Shown: positions 1-13,940, numbered from the stretch's first letter. The stretch is DNA of 64,000 bases from Felis catus (GCF_018350175.1 NC_058368.1:237028001-237092000), one strand, 5' to 3'. Notes: generated by a model from the letters alone, not told the origin. Made by a program: numbers and translations.

Positions 1-3000
1 AGGGCCATGACAGTCACAGAACCCAGACCTGTCCAGCCGAGTCCCGCCTTGGGGTGCTCCAGCGAGGAACAGCTGGACCTCTCAGAAACCAGCACGGTGG
101 CACGGTCCCCGACGAGCGCATGCCTGGGAAGGGGCCGAAGGGACCCCCAAACACGCCGTCTCGCCAGAGAGCCAGAGGTGAGGCTCGGAGGACTCCGCCT
201 CTGTCAGGCAGTAGGCCACGGGGACGGCGCTCAAAGGTTGGGTCCCTGAGGCCTCGAGGTTTGGTGGCTGCTTTGGAGACACACGGCTTCCCACACGGGA
301 CGGGCAGCACCTGCGCTCGGGGCAGACGGAACGCGGCCTTCTCCGAGGGCTGGGAGCCCAGTAATTGCCAGCAAATGTGATTTCGTGGCAGATGGTACGA
401 GCTACTTTAGGTAGATGAGATCTATCCTCTGTTCATGGGCTTCCAGTCCGGGAAAATTGCATTTCCCGGAGAGGCTTGAACGGTGGACTCCGGACCCGCA
501 CTTCCATTAGCCAGAATATTCCAGGACGAGTGTCTGCGTTGGTTCTCTCGTGCGACATACGGTGCAGACAGTGATGGTTACAGCCCAGCCAAGTCCTCGT
601 CGTTCATCAAGTAGACATAAAAGAAGGGCGCAAGCCACCGGTTAAAGGTACGTGTGAACATGCTGGAGGTGGACAGTGAGATGGAGCGAATGCTTTGCAA
701 ACACGCTGGCATCTTTATTCCCAGGTCAATTTTTGGCAAGGTCACGTTTAATTAAACCCCACAAATTATTACCCATACAACGTTTTCGTACGTCACGTGG
801 TAATATATGTTATCGTAAGTATATCTTATGTATTATATTTAATTATTATAATATACCAGCGCATTAAAATGAGGATAAATCAAGTGGTCGGATTATGAGG
901 CACGCACACGTCTGTATGTTTTCTGCAGGTGTCCTGCTAAACAGCCCGGTGTTCCCGTGTAGACGTGACCCATAGAGAGATGCGTATATCCAGACGTCAT
1001 ACCCACGTACGGAGAGGCTGTGATGTGCAGATGGGGGAAAGTTCCTCGGATGGGCAGACACGAGGCGTTCCCTGTCTGGGGAGTGGGCGGCTGCTGGCAG
1101 AGCTGGGACCCGACCAAACACTGCGGCCCCAGGAGCAGCGGGGTCTCGCGGTAAGAGAGCTGAGCACTGTGTGCAGAGCAAGCGGGCTGACGGCTGAATT
1201 CCAGCTCGGCCCGCAGTGTGGCCGTGGCCTCCGGAAGCGGGGGCGGGTGGGGAGAAGGCTCCCTGATGGGGGAAGCACCAGGCAGAAATACGTAAAGGCT
1301 ACGAATCGCACCGATTTTCGGGACGGGAGCAGAGGAGCTGTCTTGTTCCTGAGAAGGCATTAGTGGTCTGGAAACGCCTGCTTTGCCGTCGGGCATCGAT
1401 GCGCCTCGTGTGGCTAGATCGGCAACACAGCCGCTTCTCCCTGGCTGTCCGTCACACAGAGGACACTGCCTCTTTATTCAGGTTGGTCTCTTCTTGCAAA
1501 TATATACGGCCCCAAGAAGGAGGTATCTGTCTTTCTGAACTTAAGACCACATTCTTTGCCGACTTTCACGAGGCCCATCTAAACGTCAGCCTTCCGTCTC
1601 TCAACCGGTACTTGTGGGCCCGATGCTGCCGTGAGCAGCTTATTCTTGGCAGAAGTGGAAGAAAGCGTGCCCGAACTTCCCGCAGACGGCCTCTTTCAGG
1701 TCATGGGCGCATCCGATGGGGCGCCTCGGTGACGTGGTCGCAGCCTCCCAAACACAGACGGCGGCAAAGCATCGGAAAATGCGCGCCGTTTTCCTTCCGT
1801 GCATCCACGTTTGAGCTACTTAAGGCTACCGAGACATGTCCTGGCAAAACCTTTGTAGTTTTCTCCTATAAACTAAGCATAAATTCCGTGGGAGATGACA
1901 GATGACTTCATATACCATGCAAGCAAGCTCAGACAATAGCTTTAGCCATGACTGATTGCCTCGCTGTAACCCACTTGATGTTAAATGCATTCTTGCTGTT
2001 CTATTCCACCACTGCAATTTTGTTCTTCTGCATCCCTGGCCCTCTGTGGACTAACCAGGTTCCTGCAGTAATGATTTCTTTTCTATTGTATTGTTTTCTG
2101 CATAATCAAGTTGGTAGGCGGGGGTTTGGGTGACACGGCCATCTGTCAAGTTCATTTGCTCTGAAAATGCAAGAAATAATGGCCTCTACCACTCGGGGCC
2201 GTCCGCCGGAGGAGAGGACTATTGGCTGCCACCCTGCGCTCTCTTATTTCTCCAGTGTTCTTCCCCTTTCTGTACACAGCACATACACCTCCTCCTACAT
2301 GATGGGCTGTTTACATGTTTGGGCTCTTTTCAGAGGAAAAAAACCCCATATTTTCCCCTATCACTGGTCCCCCCTGTCCTGCAATTTATGCAGGCAATCC
2401 AATTAAGGAGATGCGCTAACATCCAGACTAATGTGCCTGTCTCCAGACTAAAGACACTGCCACCGCCTGAGCGGCTCAGGAGCTCCTTCCTGTCAGGCTC
2501 CCGTGACAGGCGGTGGCTCCTTCAGGCCCGAAAAATGCAGGAGCGCCCGGGAGCTGGTGCACCAGGGAGCGGAGAGGCGGTATTCTCTTCCCTCCTCAAA
2601 AACAAAAAGCTGGTAAACTCTCATTTTATCAGATTTACTGGCTTCGCACGCTGACACCTTCCCAGACTGAAACAGGTGAGCGGTGGGAAGCTTTTGGGGG
2701 TTCCAGCCTTTTTCCCCTTTAAAGGAGGTGGACAGACGCATGAAAAATTACTTGCAAATCTCTTTTCCCAAAACATGACGCGGATAAGATGAGAAGCCAA
2801 TAATGGGAGAATGAATGCTTCGGAATGGAACTGTCGTCTTCACAAAAGTTCCGTCGACGATGGGGATGTGTTCGATATGTTTTGTAACATTTTGCTGCCA
2901 TTCGAATTATCTCCAGAGATGAACAGGACCAAACAGGACCTTGGAGCTCTTTCTAAGCTGCTCCTTAGTCTTGGATTTACGTGTAAAACCTTGGCACCCT

Positions 3001-3167
3001 GACCCCAAAGCTGGGAGGCCGTGGTCTCTTCCTCAGGGCTAAAGCCTATGGGGCCCTCCTCTGCAGTTTGGGGACTGTGGTCGATGCCACATGGGGCCTG
3101 CACTGCCCAGAGGGGCTGCCTCGGTGAGCGGCTTTGCAGATGTGCTCAAGCAGAGCTCTGATGGGAG

Positions 3168-3734
3168 TGCAATTGTCAGAGTTCTCCGGAGGAACGGAAT
3201 CAGTAGATGTCTGCTTGTCCATCATCTATGTGTCTATCTATCTATCTATCATCTACCTATTACCTGTCTATCTACCATCTACTCATTATCTAACTATCAA
3301 AAGAGAGATAGAGAGATAGAGCAGGGGTGGAGGGAGAGAGAGAGTGTGGAAGGGAAAAGTGCTGTAAAGAACTAGTTCACGGGAATATGGAGGCCAGAAG
3401 GTCCTAAGATCTACAGTCTACAAGCTGGAGACCCAGGAAAACCAATGGTCTAGCTTCCATCTGAGCCCAAAGGCAGGGTAACACCGATGACCAAGCTCGA
3501 AGGCAGTCAGGCAGAGGAGAATTCTTTCTTATTCAGTCTTTTACTCACTCAGCCTTCAGCTGGTTGGATGAGGCCCACCCACTGTGGGGAGGACAATCTA
3601 TTTTACTCAGTCTGCAGATTCCGGTGCTAACCTCATCCAGAAACACCCTTGAAGGCACACCCAGAGTCATACTTAACGTAAAACGTGGGCAGCCCATGGT
3701 TCGGTGCAGGGAGCGCATGCAGTTGGCCCTCACA
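3168..3734 (-). mobile_element. MLT2-type solo LTR (ERVL)
   Basis: Resembles reverse-complement MLT2 landmarks: GTCAGAGTTCTCCGGAGGAACGGAATC, CAAGCTGGAGACCCAGGAAAACC, GGATGAGGCCCACCCAC, CTCATCCAGAAACACCCT; bounded by TG...CA. Subfamily from recall. Confidence 0.85.
3221..3344. repeat. Degenerate (TCTA)n microsatellite followed by a GA-rich tract, inside the MLT2 LTR
   Basis: TCTATCTATCTATCTATC and variants at 3221-3298; GAGAGATAGAGAGATAGAG and similar at 3302-3344. Confidence 0.9.
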
Positions 3735-4560
3735 GGCAACACTGTGCTGGCGTATCTCCACGCAGACATCCAAGCAGACCTCTGCTTCGCTCGTGGAATA
3801 CGAGCACGTAGGGGACCCTGACGTCACACAAGCAGGGGGTCTCAGACTCCGTCTTACCTGAATAATTGCTGCTGAGAACAGGGAAGGTGGGGGGAGAATT
3901 TGTGCATGTCGGAAAGGGCCCCAGAGGTGCAGACACCCCGTCGGAGAGGAGAGAGTGGTTGAGTTTGAGGAGAAGGCCCACCCACCCCTCGAGGCGAACT
4001 CAGCCCCATTGTGGGGCCAGGTGTTTCCACTCTTCTGGGGGAGCTAACGAAGGCACCCTGGCGAAGACAGCCACCTCCACACGTTCGTGACACGTCTGTC
4101 TGGCTCTCAAAATGCTTCCTTGTTAAAACCCGAAGTTAGGCTAGAAGCAGAGTTCCTCAGAAGACATCTTTGAGTAGTAGTGAATCCATATAAAGGGAAC
4201 ACGGAATGTTTTTCTCACAGAGCGGGTTTTGTGAAGTGTTTTCCACGCACTCAAAGTAATTCTTGCTGGATTTTATGAGCTCTAATCCTGTAACAATTGA
4301 GTTATAAATTTTATTTTCTTTTTCTCCAGAATGAAACGTCACTCAGAGAGATGGGCTATTTTTAGCATTTGACTTTAGGAGGAGCAGTGGGGAAACCAGC
4401 CTACAGGTTTGAGGTAATTCCTAAGTAACAGACCCAGAAGCTTTGCAGTTAGGTCACAGCATGCGTCCCACATTGTAACGCGGACTCCAGATCCATGTTT
4501 TGCTTGGTTATAATTTCATAGTGAATGAGCTGCTCAGGTCATCAATTAGCCAGACTCTTT

Positions 4561-4772
4561 TAACGTGTATTTTTATTTTTATTTTTGATAAAGAGAGAGA
4601 CAGAGTGTGAGCATGGGAGGGGCAGAGAGAGATGGAAACACAGAATCCGAAGCAGGCTCCAGGCTCCGAGATGTCAGCACAGAGCCTGACACAGGGCTCG
4701 AACTCGTGAACCGCGAGATCATGCCCTGAGCCGAAGTCGGACGCTCAACCAACTGAGCCACCCAGGAGCCCC
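4561..4772 (-). mobile_element. Felid Can-SINE (SINEC_Fc type)
   Basis: Reverse complement reads GGGGCTCCTGGGTGGCTCAGTTGGTTGAGCGTCCGACTTCGGCTCAGG, with B box GTTCGAGCC, CT-rich region and A-rich tail. Degenerate TSD GCCAGACTCTTT / GCCAGAATCTTT. Confidence 0.97.
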
Positions 4773-6500
4773 TGGCCAGAATCTTTTAGATGTTTTATTG
4801 CCTGAATTTGTGCTGATAAACATTTTCCCAGGCAGTTTTAAAGTCTTTAGAGATGAGGTCAACTTTATGGACAGACTTGAAAATCTTGTTCAGTAGTGTT
4901 GGGAACTTGGAGGGAGAGAACCGTAAAAATCCTGTCAAGCAGCAGCTACGTGTTGGATGAGGTGACCAATTCATCTTCCTGTGCACACAGAGGAGCCCTT
5001 CGGAGAGTTGTGTGTTATCCATCTAGAACATTCCTCTGGTCTCTCCTGGCTCTGCAGAGACCATCTGTTGGATTCCAACATATGCCTTCAGCCTGGGAAA
5101 TGTGAGTGCTTATAGTAAAATATTTACATGACATACAAAAATAAGCACAAACATTGGGCATTTCTAGACATGCCCCCACTGAACACATGCATCATACTTT
5201 GCAAAGAGAAATAGAAGTCCTAAAATTATATGTAGCTAGAACCCCTTGGGGAAGGAAAATTGTCTGGCACCCACAAAATGGGGACTTTCAAGATTCCTGA
5301 AATTTTCCCTTGAAGCCTGACAAAATGTACCAGTTGGATGATTTATCAAAATGAGTCCATTTTAGTTTGCTTCTCCTTCCTTGATGCCCTGTGTTCTGGT
5401 GTCTTTGTTCGATTGATGGATAAGGACAAGCGTAGGCAATATCACATACCTTGATGGACCCCACTCCTTCTTAATCATTCCAAAAATGCCCAACTCCCAT
5501 CACGATAAATTGGAGGACAATGAGGTCCGTTAAGCATCCTGTCACCAAAACCCATCTTACCTCGTAGCAGTTGCTTGTCTTGCTGGCTTCTCCCCCTTTG
5601 CCCGTCCCCCCCCCCAAATCCTCTCCTGGGCTTTGTGGACACCTGTGCAGACCCTGTGTAGACTGGGTATGGATTAATTGCCCAGCACCATGTTGCTGCC
5701 AATGCAGATCTCTGACCTCTGGAGCCCTCCCAGCCTCTCCTGCCCCAGGAGCTCCCGAGCTCGCCTTCCATGCCCAACCTGGCCTTATTCTCTCCAAAGG
5801 ACTCTGATTTGCCTTTGAAAAGCAGTGTGGGCCGTGCCCCCATGATGTCCCAGGGCTTCTAAATCTGCTCATTCAGGTAACTCAGAGTAAGTCCCAGACA
5901 CAGCCCACCTGTAGCTTAACACACGGCAGCCAGACCACAGCCACTGGGACACACGGCACACCCACCACCCCCCGACAGAGAGTCCGGATGCTGCCTGGAG
6001 ACCCCAAACCCTCACCTCCTGGGATTTCGGCACATCCTGAAGAGCTGAGAATGGGGACCACTGGAGGTGCCCACTCAGGCTTGGTGCCAGCCTCACACGA
6101 ACCCTAAGCGGAGACGGGCCCAGTACATCCTGCACCGATGGTTGCCCCAGAATCACCAGAAGCCACCCAGCGAGTCTGCTCTCCCTCTGTGTGGACAGCT
6201 GTCCTCCCTGACCGACCCCAGGCCTCTTTCTCTGAGAGCCCCAGCCAGTCTGGACTGCTATGCCACTTAGGGGTAGACTTTCACATGCTGAGCCCAAGAA
6301 TTCTCGTCCTGTAATTTACAAATAACTGAAAATAGGACGGAAACCCATAGACATTTATGTCAGAGTTCCTGATGTGCTCAAGCTCTCCTCCCCTCCACTC
6401 TCCCTGATGGAGTGCACCGTCCCTCTGGAGGGAACGTTGGAAAGGTAACCATAACCTCCCACTGCAGGGCAACGCACACATTACATGAGTGGATATTATG

Positions 6501-7043
6501 TGTAGGTGGGTGTAACGGGTTGCCCGCTCCCAAACAATGTGCCCAACAGGGACCTTCAAGTGACTTTATTTGCAAAAAGAGTCTTTGCAGATATAATTAA
6601 GTTGAGGATTATGAGTGGAGATCATCGAAGTTGAGTTTAGATCCCTGAACCTGGAGTGTTCAAACTTGGACTTTGAAGGTCATGGTGGAGACGGTGCCAC
6701 GTCGGCTGCATTCCTGAGAGGCGGTCACAGATTACACCTTTCTCAAGGGACAGATGATGGCCTCCATTGCCCTCAGTTGATAGCAAGGGACCCACAGTGG
6801 GGAAAACCAAGTGAGGGCAAGGGCAAACATCGGAGCCCCACAGCCCCAAGCCCAGGAACAGCTTTAGGCACTGGGAGGTGAAAGGCAGGAAGGACCCTCC
6901 CCGGGAGCCTTGGAGGGAGTGCGTCCCCTGCCCACATTTGGTTTGAGAACTCCGGCCCCAGAACTGCCAGCGAATAAATGCCCGTTGCTTTAAGGCCCCC
7001 AGTTTGTGGTCATTGGCTATGGTAGCCACAGGACATGAGTACA
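6501..7043 (+). mobile_element. MLT1 (MaLR) solo LTR, MLT1C-like, with an unexplained internal segment
   Basis: GTGACTTTATTTGCAAAAAGAGTCTTTGCAGATATAATTAAGTTGAGG at the 5' end; CCCAGAACTGCCAGCGAATAAATG...TTTAAGGCCCCCAGTTTGTGGTCATT...TACA at the 3' end. Confidence 0.85.
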
Positions 7044-10000
7044 GAAGGTTTACATGTCATAAGCTGTCATTTGGTGGCTCCCTCTTAGACTAATCTTTGC
7101 CATCATAACTACCGAAAATCTGTGAAGATCAAAGTCTTGCATCAGAACCATTGCCACAGCCGCACTTAAAGAGCTACGCTCTGCAAAGAAGTGTCTCTCT
7201 CTTCCCTTGCAAAGCTGACTTGGTAGAGAAGGTTCCGAAGAAATGACAGCATTCTGCGGTCAACTTTCCTCCAGCCTCTGTGTCTCGCCTTCCAGAAGCA
7301 GCTGGCGGGTTTGATCCCAGGGAGATAGCGGCCGTGTTCACGGATTCCTGGGCCCCTGCTCTGTGCCACGTGTGGCCCCCCACCACGTACACACTCTCAC
7401 CCCGCCTCCGGCCTCACATGCTGCTGAGCCAGGTGACTCTGGTCGTGTATCTACCTGCCATCCCTGTAGCACGAAGACTGCCACACGGGGGCACGGAACT
7501 CTCTAGAAGAATGGAAATGGACCCTAACAAGAAAAGCACTTGGCGGAGACAGGTGCCCACTGGACGATGCAAAACCCGGGGCACACGCTCTGTGAGGTGG
7601 CCGTCCCCTGGCCGGTGGCCCCGTTCCCCGGAACCCGGCCCGCCCCGCCCGCCCGTCGGCCTCCTTCCTGCAGACACTGCAGGCTTCTCCTGCTCCCTGG
7701 TGAGCTTTGCCTCTGGAGGAAACTGAGATAATCGACGTTTGTTTCCTGCCCCACAAAGCTATCATCTGTTTATAGCGCTCGGCCAGGTTGGCCAAGACGC
7801 AGTCTCAGCAGCCGAGTCTGAGCAGAGACCGTCGTCTGACACGTTAACAGGCTCATTGACTGCAGTGAGGGTGACGTGTGGCCGCCCTGCTTTTCACACA
7901 CCGGCCTCGCTCTGGGAAGAGGGCCCGAAGGAAGGCAGTGGCAAAGGGTGTGAAAGTAAAAACTGCTGTAAGGACCCTCCCTGCCCACAGCGCCATAGGT
8001 CGTAGCTTAGATCCGAAGGAACGTGAGGGAGACAAAGACGTGGATTTTCAACGAGCCGCTATTCACGGGGCAGGCCGCCCAGGTAGTTTTGAGCAGGTCA
8101 CTTTCTGACGGGGTCAGCTTTCTTTCTTCATGAACCCGAGATCCGCATCATCGACCTTGACCTCTCTTTGCGGTGCATTTGCAGGGAACCTCAGGGCCCG
8201 GTCCTCCCTCCGCCTCTCCTGGGGCTAAAACTGGTAAAGACCGGATTCATCCAGCCATGAAGCTGAGGTCTGAGTGCACGCCCTAGGGGCCCGAGACTAG
8301 ACAGGGGGACCCCAGAATGCAAAGGCCCCACCAGACCCCCCTGGGGAGGGGGGTGAGAGGCCCAGGTGACGGAGGAGGTGATGCTATTTAGAATCGGGGG
8401 GCAGATGTTGAATGAGGCAGAAAGAAGGCGCTGCAGGTTTCTGAGGATGCCCATTTCCTGGTTCTGTGAGGGACCAGCTCTGCTTCACCTCTCCCCCCGA
8501 CCTGTGCTCCGTCAGACTGAGGGGTCGCACCACCCGGCGAGGGTATTTTCGCCTCCGCGACCACAAAGGGAGCTTCCAAGAGAAGGAAGTACATCAAAAG
8601 TAATAATCGCCCATGACTGCACTTAGCGGGATGACCAAACTTAATTAAGCAAGTGGTTCCATGGCATCCAGTTGAACGATATGTTCAAACTTCTTGGCTT
8701 TTTGGTGGTCTCATGTAGATTTTCTACCTCGTAACTCTGAAAAAGATGTTCTAATAACATCTCATCAGAAAAAATATGAAGGTTTTTCATCCATATGGCT
8801 GTGGGCGCCTCGGCTCGGCCTTCACGTTTATGTGAAAAGAGCCAGTATCTGAATGCTAACACTGAGTCAACACCAGATGCCCCTTACTTGTGAGGCGTCC
8901 CTTTTAGAGGCGGCTGTGAAGTGACCACTGCTTTTGGACCACACAGCCGTTGTGAGACTCGGTTACTGGCCAACGACCAGAGTCGTGTGGGCTGCAGGGT
9001 CCCTGGCGAGGAGTCAGGGGCGATGCGCTTTGGAACGTTCTCACCCACCCACCACGACCCTGCCCCGCATGCTTGATGGGAAGCCCCAGCACAAAGCCGT
9101 AGGGGACTGGTCCCGTGACCTCCGGGAGGTCCACAAACAGAGTGACACACACAGATTTAACCAGCAGGGAGAGCCATCGGACCCCCCCAAGTTTGGTGGA
9201 AGGAAGCTTTGCTGTTGGACTGTGTGATGGTTGACTTCTGCCCTGCAGTGCCTCACCTCAGGCGTGCGGGACCGGGCTTCTGCACGACGGGGAGGGCCGT
9301 CTCCTGTACGACCAGGGCCAGAGATGGGTCTGTAGGATGGAGACCGTCTGCCCCGTCACCCTGCATCCACCACAGGATGGTGGCTGACACGGCTCGTGGA
9401 ACCTGGTGAGCCAGGGGCTGTGACCGTCCTGCCACTCTGTTCTTTCCAACCAGATAGGATCTGCCCTAACTTGCAGGACAGGGACGCAAAGTCAGAATAG
9501 AGTCGGTGCAGCCCGAGTGGAAGATGCCTTTCCAGCCTGGTGGACAGCAGCACGGAGTGAGGAGAGGGGCAGAATTTACGCCGTTCCCACAATGGGGTCC
9601 GTTTCCACGCCTAGTGCTGGCGGAGGAAGGGTGGCCTCCCCACACGCGCCCATCTCAGCCACTTGCCACTTTCTCTAACCCTCCAGGGAAGGCACGCTGG
9701 CTGCACTCCCTCTGGCACACCAGAGTCCTTGGTGGCACCGGTGAGAAGAGACCGAGGCCACAGGTGTGTGGGGAGGGTCGCTTACAGGCAGCGGCGGGGG
9801 GTGGGAAGGGGGGGCCGGTGCTGAGTCCGTGTGCCCACGCTGCCCAGCAGGGGAGGGAGCATGGACGCCCACCTGACGGGCAGGGAGGCATTGAGCAGGG
9901 GCTCCTCCTGGCCGGCGGCCCCTCCATTCCCAGTTGGGACAACAGCTGGTCACGCTGCTCTTGCTGGGTGTCGTGGTCATCTGGGCCACGGCCCTATCAG

Positions 10001-11069
10001 GGCCGACATTCAAATCCAACCAGAAGCCGAGTGCCGGCCTCACTCGGGGGTGCTGCGGACTGGATTGCGGAGAGGGGTAGACACTTGGGGTAGCTTGGTC
10101 ATGTCGCCCGAGTCTGCCACAAGCTACATGGGAGACAAGCTGCTTTTAATCCATCCATCCATCCATAAAAATGGAATTGCTAATGATCTGGGGAGCTCCC
10201 CTTTTGGGGGAGCGTCGGGGCATCCGCTAAAATAGGCTGGGTGAAAACATAGCGGCCGGCCCATACGAAGGTTGGTTTTCTTGTTTGGCAAACCGTGCCC
10301 TTGTCATTGTTTTCATTTAGTGCTCCCAGGAACTGTTTCACTCTCGAGTGTCATCAGAAGATCATCAGTCAAGCCCGAACTGGCACCAGCCTCCCCCACG
10401 GGTTAACGGGCACCACCAGGAACACCGGCCCCAGCACTCCGGGGCTGCGGGACCCATTGATCTTGCCTAGTTAAGTCATGTCAAGTCAGCAGCTTCACAG
10501 GGCCCCACACCAGGGGTGCCTTCTAAGAATAATATGGCCATTTATAAACCAAGGCACCTTCCATTGTTTTTTCCCTCCCTCTTTTGAAAAGGCTGAGCCT
10601 CGTGGGGACTTTCCATGGACGTGGAAAGGAGCTCCCTTAGGAAAAGAACATGGTCATCTGTTTAGTATCCACTCAGCAACATTCTGAGCCATTTAGGGCA
10701 GGGAAACTTCTCATTGTATTTATTCAGTGCCTTCCTCGGAATCTTTTGCGAGGACCTCATTTATCCTCCAGACGTCTCAGGGAGGAAGGTAAACTGTGGG
10801 GGCTGGAGGCGGTTCACAGGGAGGAGAGGGGAGAGTCGAGGGGCCGAGGGGCTCCCCAACACCAGGACACTGCACGGCTAGGAATAAGCTCTACATTCCG
10901 CAGTCCAGGTTAGTTGTTAGAACGTGCCGGAGTGCCACCTAGGAGAGAAAAGAGAGCACTTTATAAGAGGTCGACGATTGTTGCCCTGCATGGAGAAACA
11001 GTTGTGGACACTCGTAGATCAGGTTAGACTTAGAGACGTGTCTACCTCCTCCCATGATGGGAGACGGCT

Positions 11070-11125
11070 CTGTCCCCATGCTTGGCCCATCACAGGCACT
11101 TAATGAGCATTTGCTGAGCTTAACC
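11070..11125 (+). mobile_element. L2 3'-terminal remnant
   Basis: TGCTTGGCCCATCACAGGCACTTAATGAGCATTTGCTGAG resembles the L2 tail (TGCCTGGCACATAGTAGGCGCTCAATAAATATTTGTTGAA). Confidence 0.5.
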
Positions 11126-11689
11126 CCCCTTTGGGGAGACCACAGTGGGTGGTGCCCAGAGAACACATCCCACCTGCTTTCTGTACTATTGGAAGAGCTT
11201 CCATTGTATTGTGTTGGAAAATTGCCAAACAACATTTAAATTGAAAGTGCCAGAGCTCAACAAAAGTAGTACAGGCCAAGAGCGTAAGGTGGCCCAGGTG
11301 AAGTGTGATCACCGGGGGCCGGACAGGGGAGAGGCTGCAGGGAGCCCGGGCTCAGCTAGACCGAAGGAAAGAAGGTTGCTGATGACAGATTGAGGCGCAG
11401 GTCTCCAGCCCAGCCCGGGGGGTCCCCAGGGAGGCCAGTATGGGAGCAAAAGCAAATTTATGTATTGACCAGAAGGTCGAGAAAGACATCTATGTGAAGA
11501 AATCCAGTTGAATCCAGTTGGATATTGGAACCACAGGCCGTATGATCTCGAGAGATATCAGTAGTGCTGATGTGTCTGTAAAGGAGACAAAGGATTTCGG
11601 TAAGTAAATGAACTCTGGAGGGAAGGGCAGAGAAAGAACTGGTCAGTACTGTGGCAGAGTCTAGAGATCATGACAACAGACAAGGGGAG

Positions 11690-13090
11690 AAAAGGATACT
11701 ATTTGCACGTGACGTACTAGTAAACGTTCACACATAAGAAGAAACAGCTTTAAAATTATAAACAATGAGAAAGTAGTAAGGAAGTCAATTATTGAGTAAA
11801 GTCTCAAAATGAGTATTTCTCTGTGATAGAAATGACCAGTTGCTGTGAGATAAAGGAATGTCTTTATAATAGCAATGACAATGATAAAATATCCAAGAAT
11901 AAATTCAACTAATGAAAACCCATAACACATTTACTGAAGGACATTTGAAACGTTGGATCAAATGGGAAAGTGTATCTTCTTGGACAGCCATTCTGCTGCT
12001 GCTTGGACGACCAAGCTACTCGTGACAGAGGTCTAAACATGAGGCGGCCTGGGGAAGGCAGATGTAGGTGCGGGGATGGGCCAGTTCCGCTCCAAGTACA
12101 GGGACTAGCACCTTCCTTGCCTTGCTAGGGGTGTTGGTCCACCACCCCACTCCCCGTGGCTGGCTGGGGGGAGCGGAGGTAGGAATCGGGCAGGCAGCTT
12201 CCGCGGGGGAGGTCTGACCTGGCATCATCCTGTTTGCATGGATCATCCCACACTGAGTCTCAGGCTGCGGCCAGCTGCACAGGGCCGCAGCGGGTGTGAT
12301 GGCCCTGGAGGAAGACTGTAAGAGGAGGCAATGGGAAACACAAGTCACCATTGTAAGAGACCCATCACCTTCCAAGGGGGTTTAATGCAGTTCTAATTCC
12401 AACGCAAGCTGTCTCAAACCTGGCACAATCCTTCTAGAGGCTACCTGCAAAGACAAATATGAATAGCCAAGAAAATGTTTTAAGAGGTGATGAGCTAAGG
12501 TGTCCTTTACCAAACCTAAATGGTCACCAAACATACGCAAAACTATGATACTGGTAAAGATTAGAAAGAAGTGGAACAAATCTGAAAGTCAAGGCACCGA
12601 TGTACATCAAATAAAGATTATATACATTATCCATAGTAATGTAGTTCCATATCTAATGTAGTTCCATAGTAATGTACATTACATAGTAATGTAGTTCCAT
12701 AGTAATGTAGTTCCATATCTAAACAGAGAGACAGGGATGGAAAGCCAGAGGTGAGACATGGAGAGAGACTGGAGGAAAGAAACAAGAATGGAGAAGGGAG
12801 ACGGTCCACCCCCCGACTCCGTCCCCCACACTCCCAAACATAGCTGGGCTTAGGGCAAGAGAAGCATGCACGTACATCCCCATGAATAATATGCAGGAGA
12901 TCTGTAAATCACGTGTGTAACGTGTATATGAATCAAGTACAAGATGAAAGTCATTTCAAATCAACGAGATATACCAGTAATATAGAAAGATAAAGATTTG
13001 AAAAATATTAGGTTATGTGCCTACCTAGGCACATAATCCAAAATGAATGCTAAATGGAATAAGTAAAGACGTACAAGTTAAAAATGCAAC
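11690..13090 (+). mobile_element. Very old, fragmented L1M ORF2 remnant interrupted by GC-rich and tandem segments
   Basis: A-rich + strand with L1-like phrases TTTATAATAGCAATGACAATGATAAAATATCCAAGAATAAATTCAAC (about 11863-11910) and GAATAGCCAAGAAAATGTTTTAAGAG...ACTATGATACTGG (about 12460-12555). No open frame; boundaries approximate. Confidence 0.6.
12630..12722. repeat. Minisatellite, 16-17 bp unit (TTCCATAGTAATGTAG), about 5.5 copies
   Basis: Directly visible repeats of CCATAGTAATGTAGTT and CCATATCTAATGTAGTT. Confidence 0.92.
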
Positions 13091-13940
13091 CATAACAACA
13101 TGGCGGAGAGGATGCATGCTCGGGTGGGTAACTCCAGTCACGGAAGGGCCTTGGGGACACCAGGGACAGCAAGCCAGGCCTGGGGTACAGACAGCGATGC
13201 TCACTCGGAGTCGGGACCCAAAGGTCTTGGGCCTCCTAAGGCAGCAACCCACTGTTCAGATCTATCACAAGGAAATGGCCCCATGGGGACCGTGAGAGGT
13301 GGCTGTGAAGGAGCTCACGGCAGAAACGATGACTAACAGTGATGATAACACCAGCTCCCAGGGTACACCCGGCCGGCAAGAGACTGGGGCGCCCGGCCCC
13401 GCAGGGCTGAGCTGTTGTCCATGCGGTGCATATCAGGTTCAGCGGGGACAGAACAGGCGGTCGGCGTGGACAGGGGACGTCTGTAGCTCCTGGCCTTCAG
13501 GAAAACCAGCATGGCAAGGGCTCACTCACGAGTGGGAGCAGTCAGGTCCATCCCGCAGGTGTCTTTGGGCAACCACAGTCCTCTCTTTCCCCCCTGACCT
13601 TGCAGACTCCAGCCAGCTGTCCCCTCCCCAGACCAGTGTGTGTGGCCTCCAGGCAATACAAGATCTGCTCTCTCCCTCCTGCCTCCCCTCTCCCCTCCAG
13701 TCCCCAGGTCCTCGGTCCTCGTCCTCCCCACAGCCCCTGACCCAAAGGGCCTGCTAGACCGTCGTTAAATACAACGGCTGCGGTGGCATCCAGGCCTCGG
13801 AGAGTGGCTTCTCATAAAGCGGCCCCTGCCAAGTCCTCCCGGGGGGGGAGGGGCAGGACGCTTATAGATCATCTCCTTTCACGTGCTTTCATTTAAAATG
13901 TAAATATATGGAGCAGCTTTTTTGAGATAAAATTCATAGG

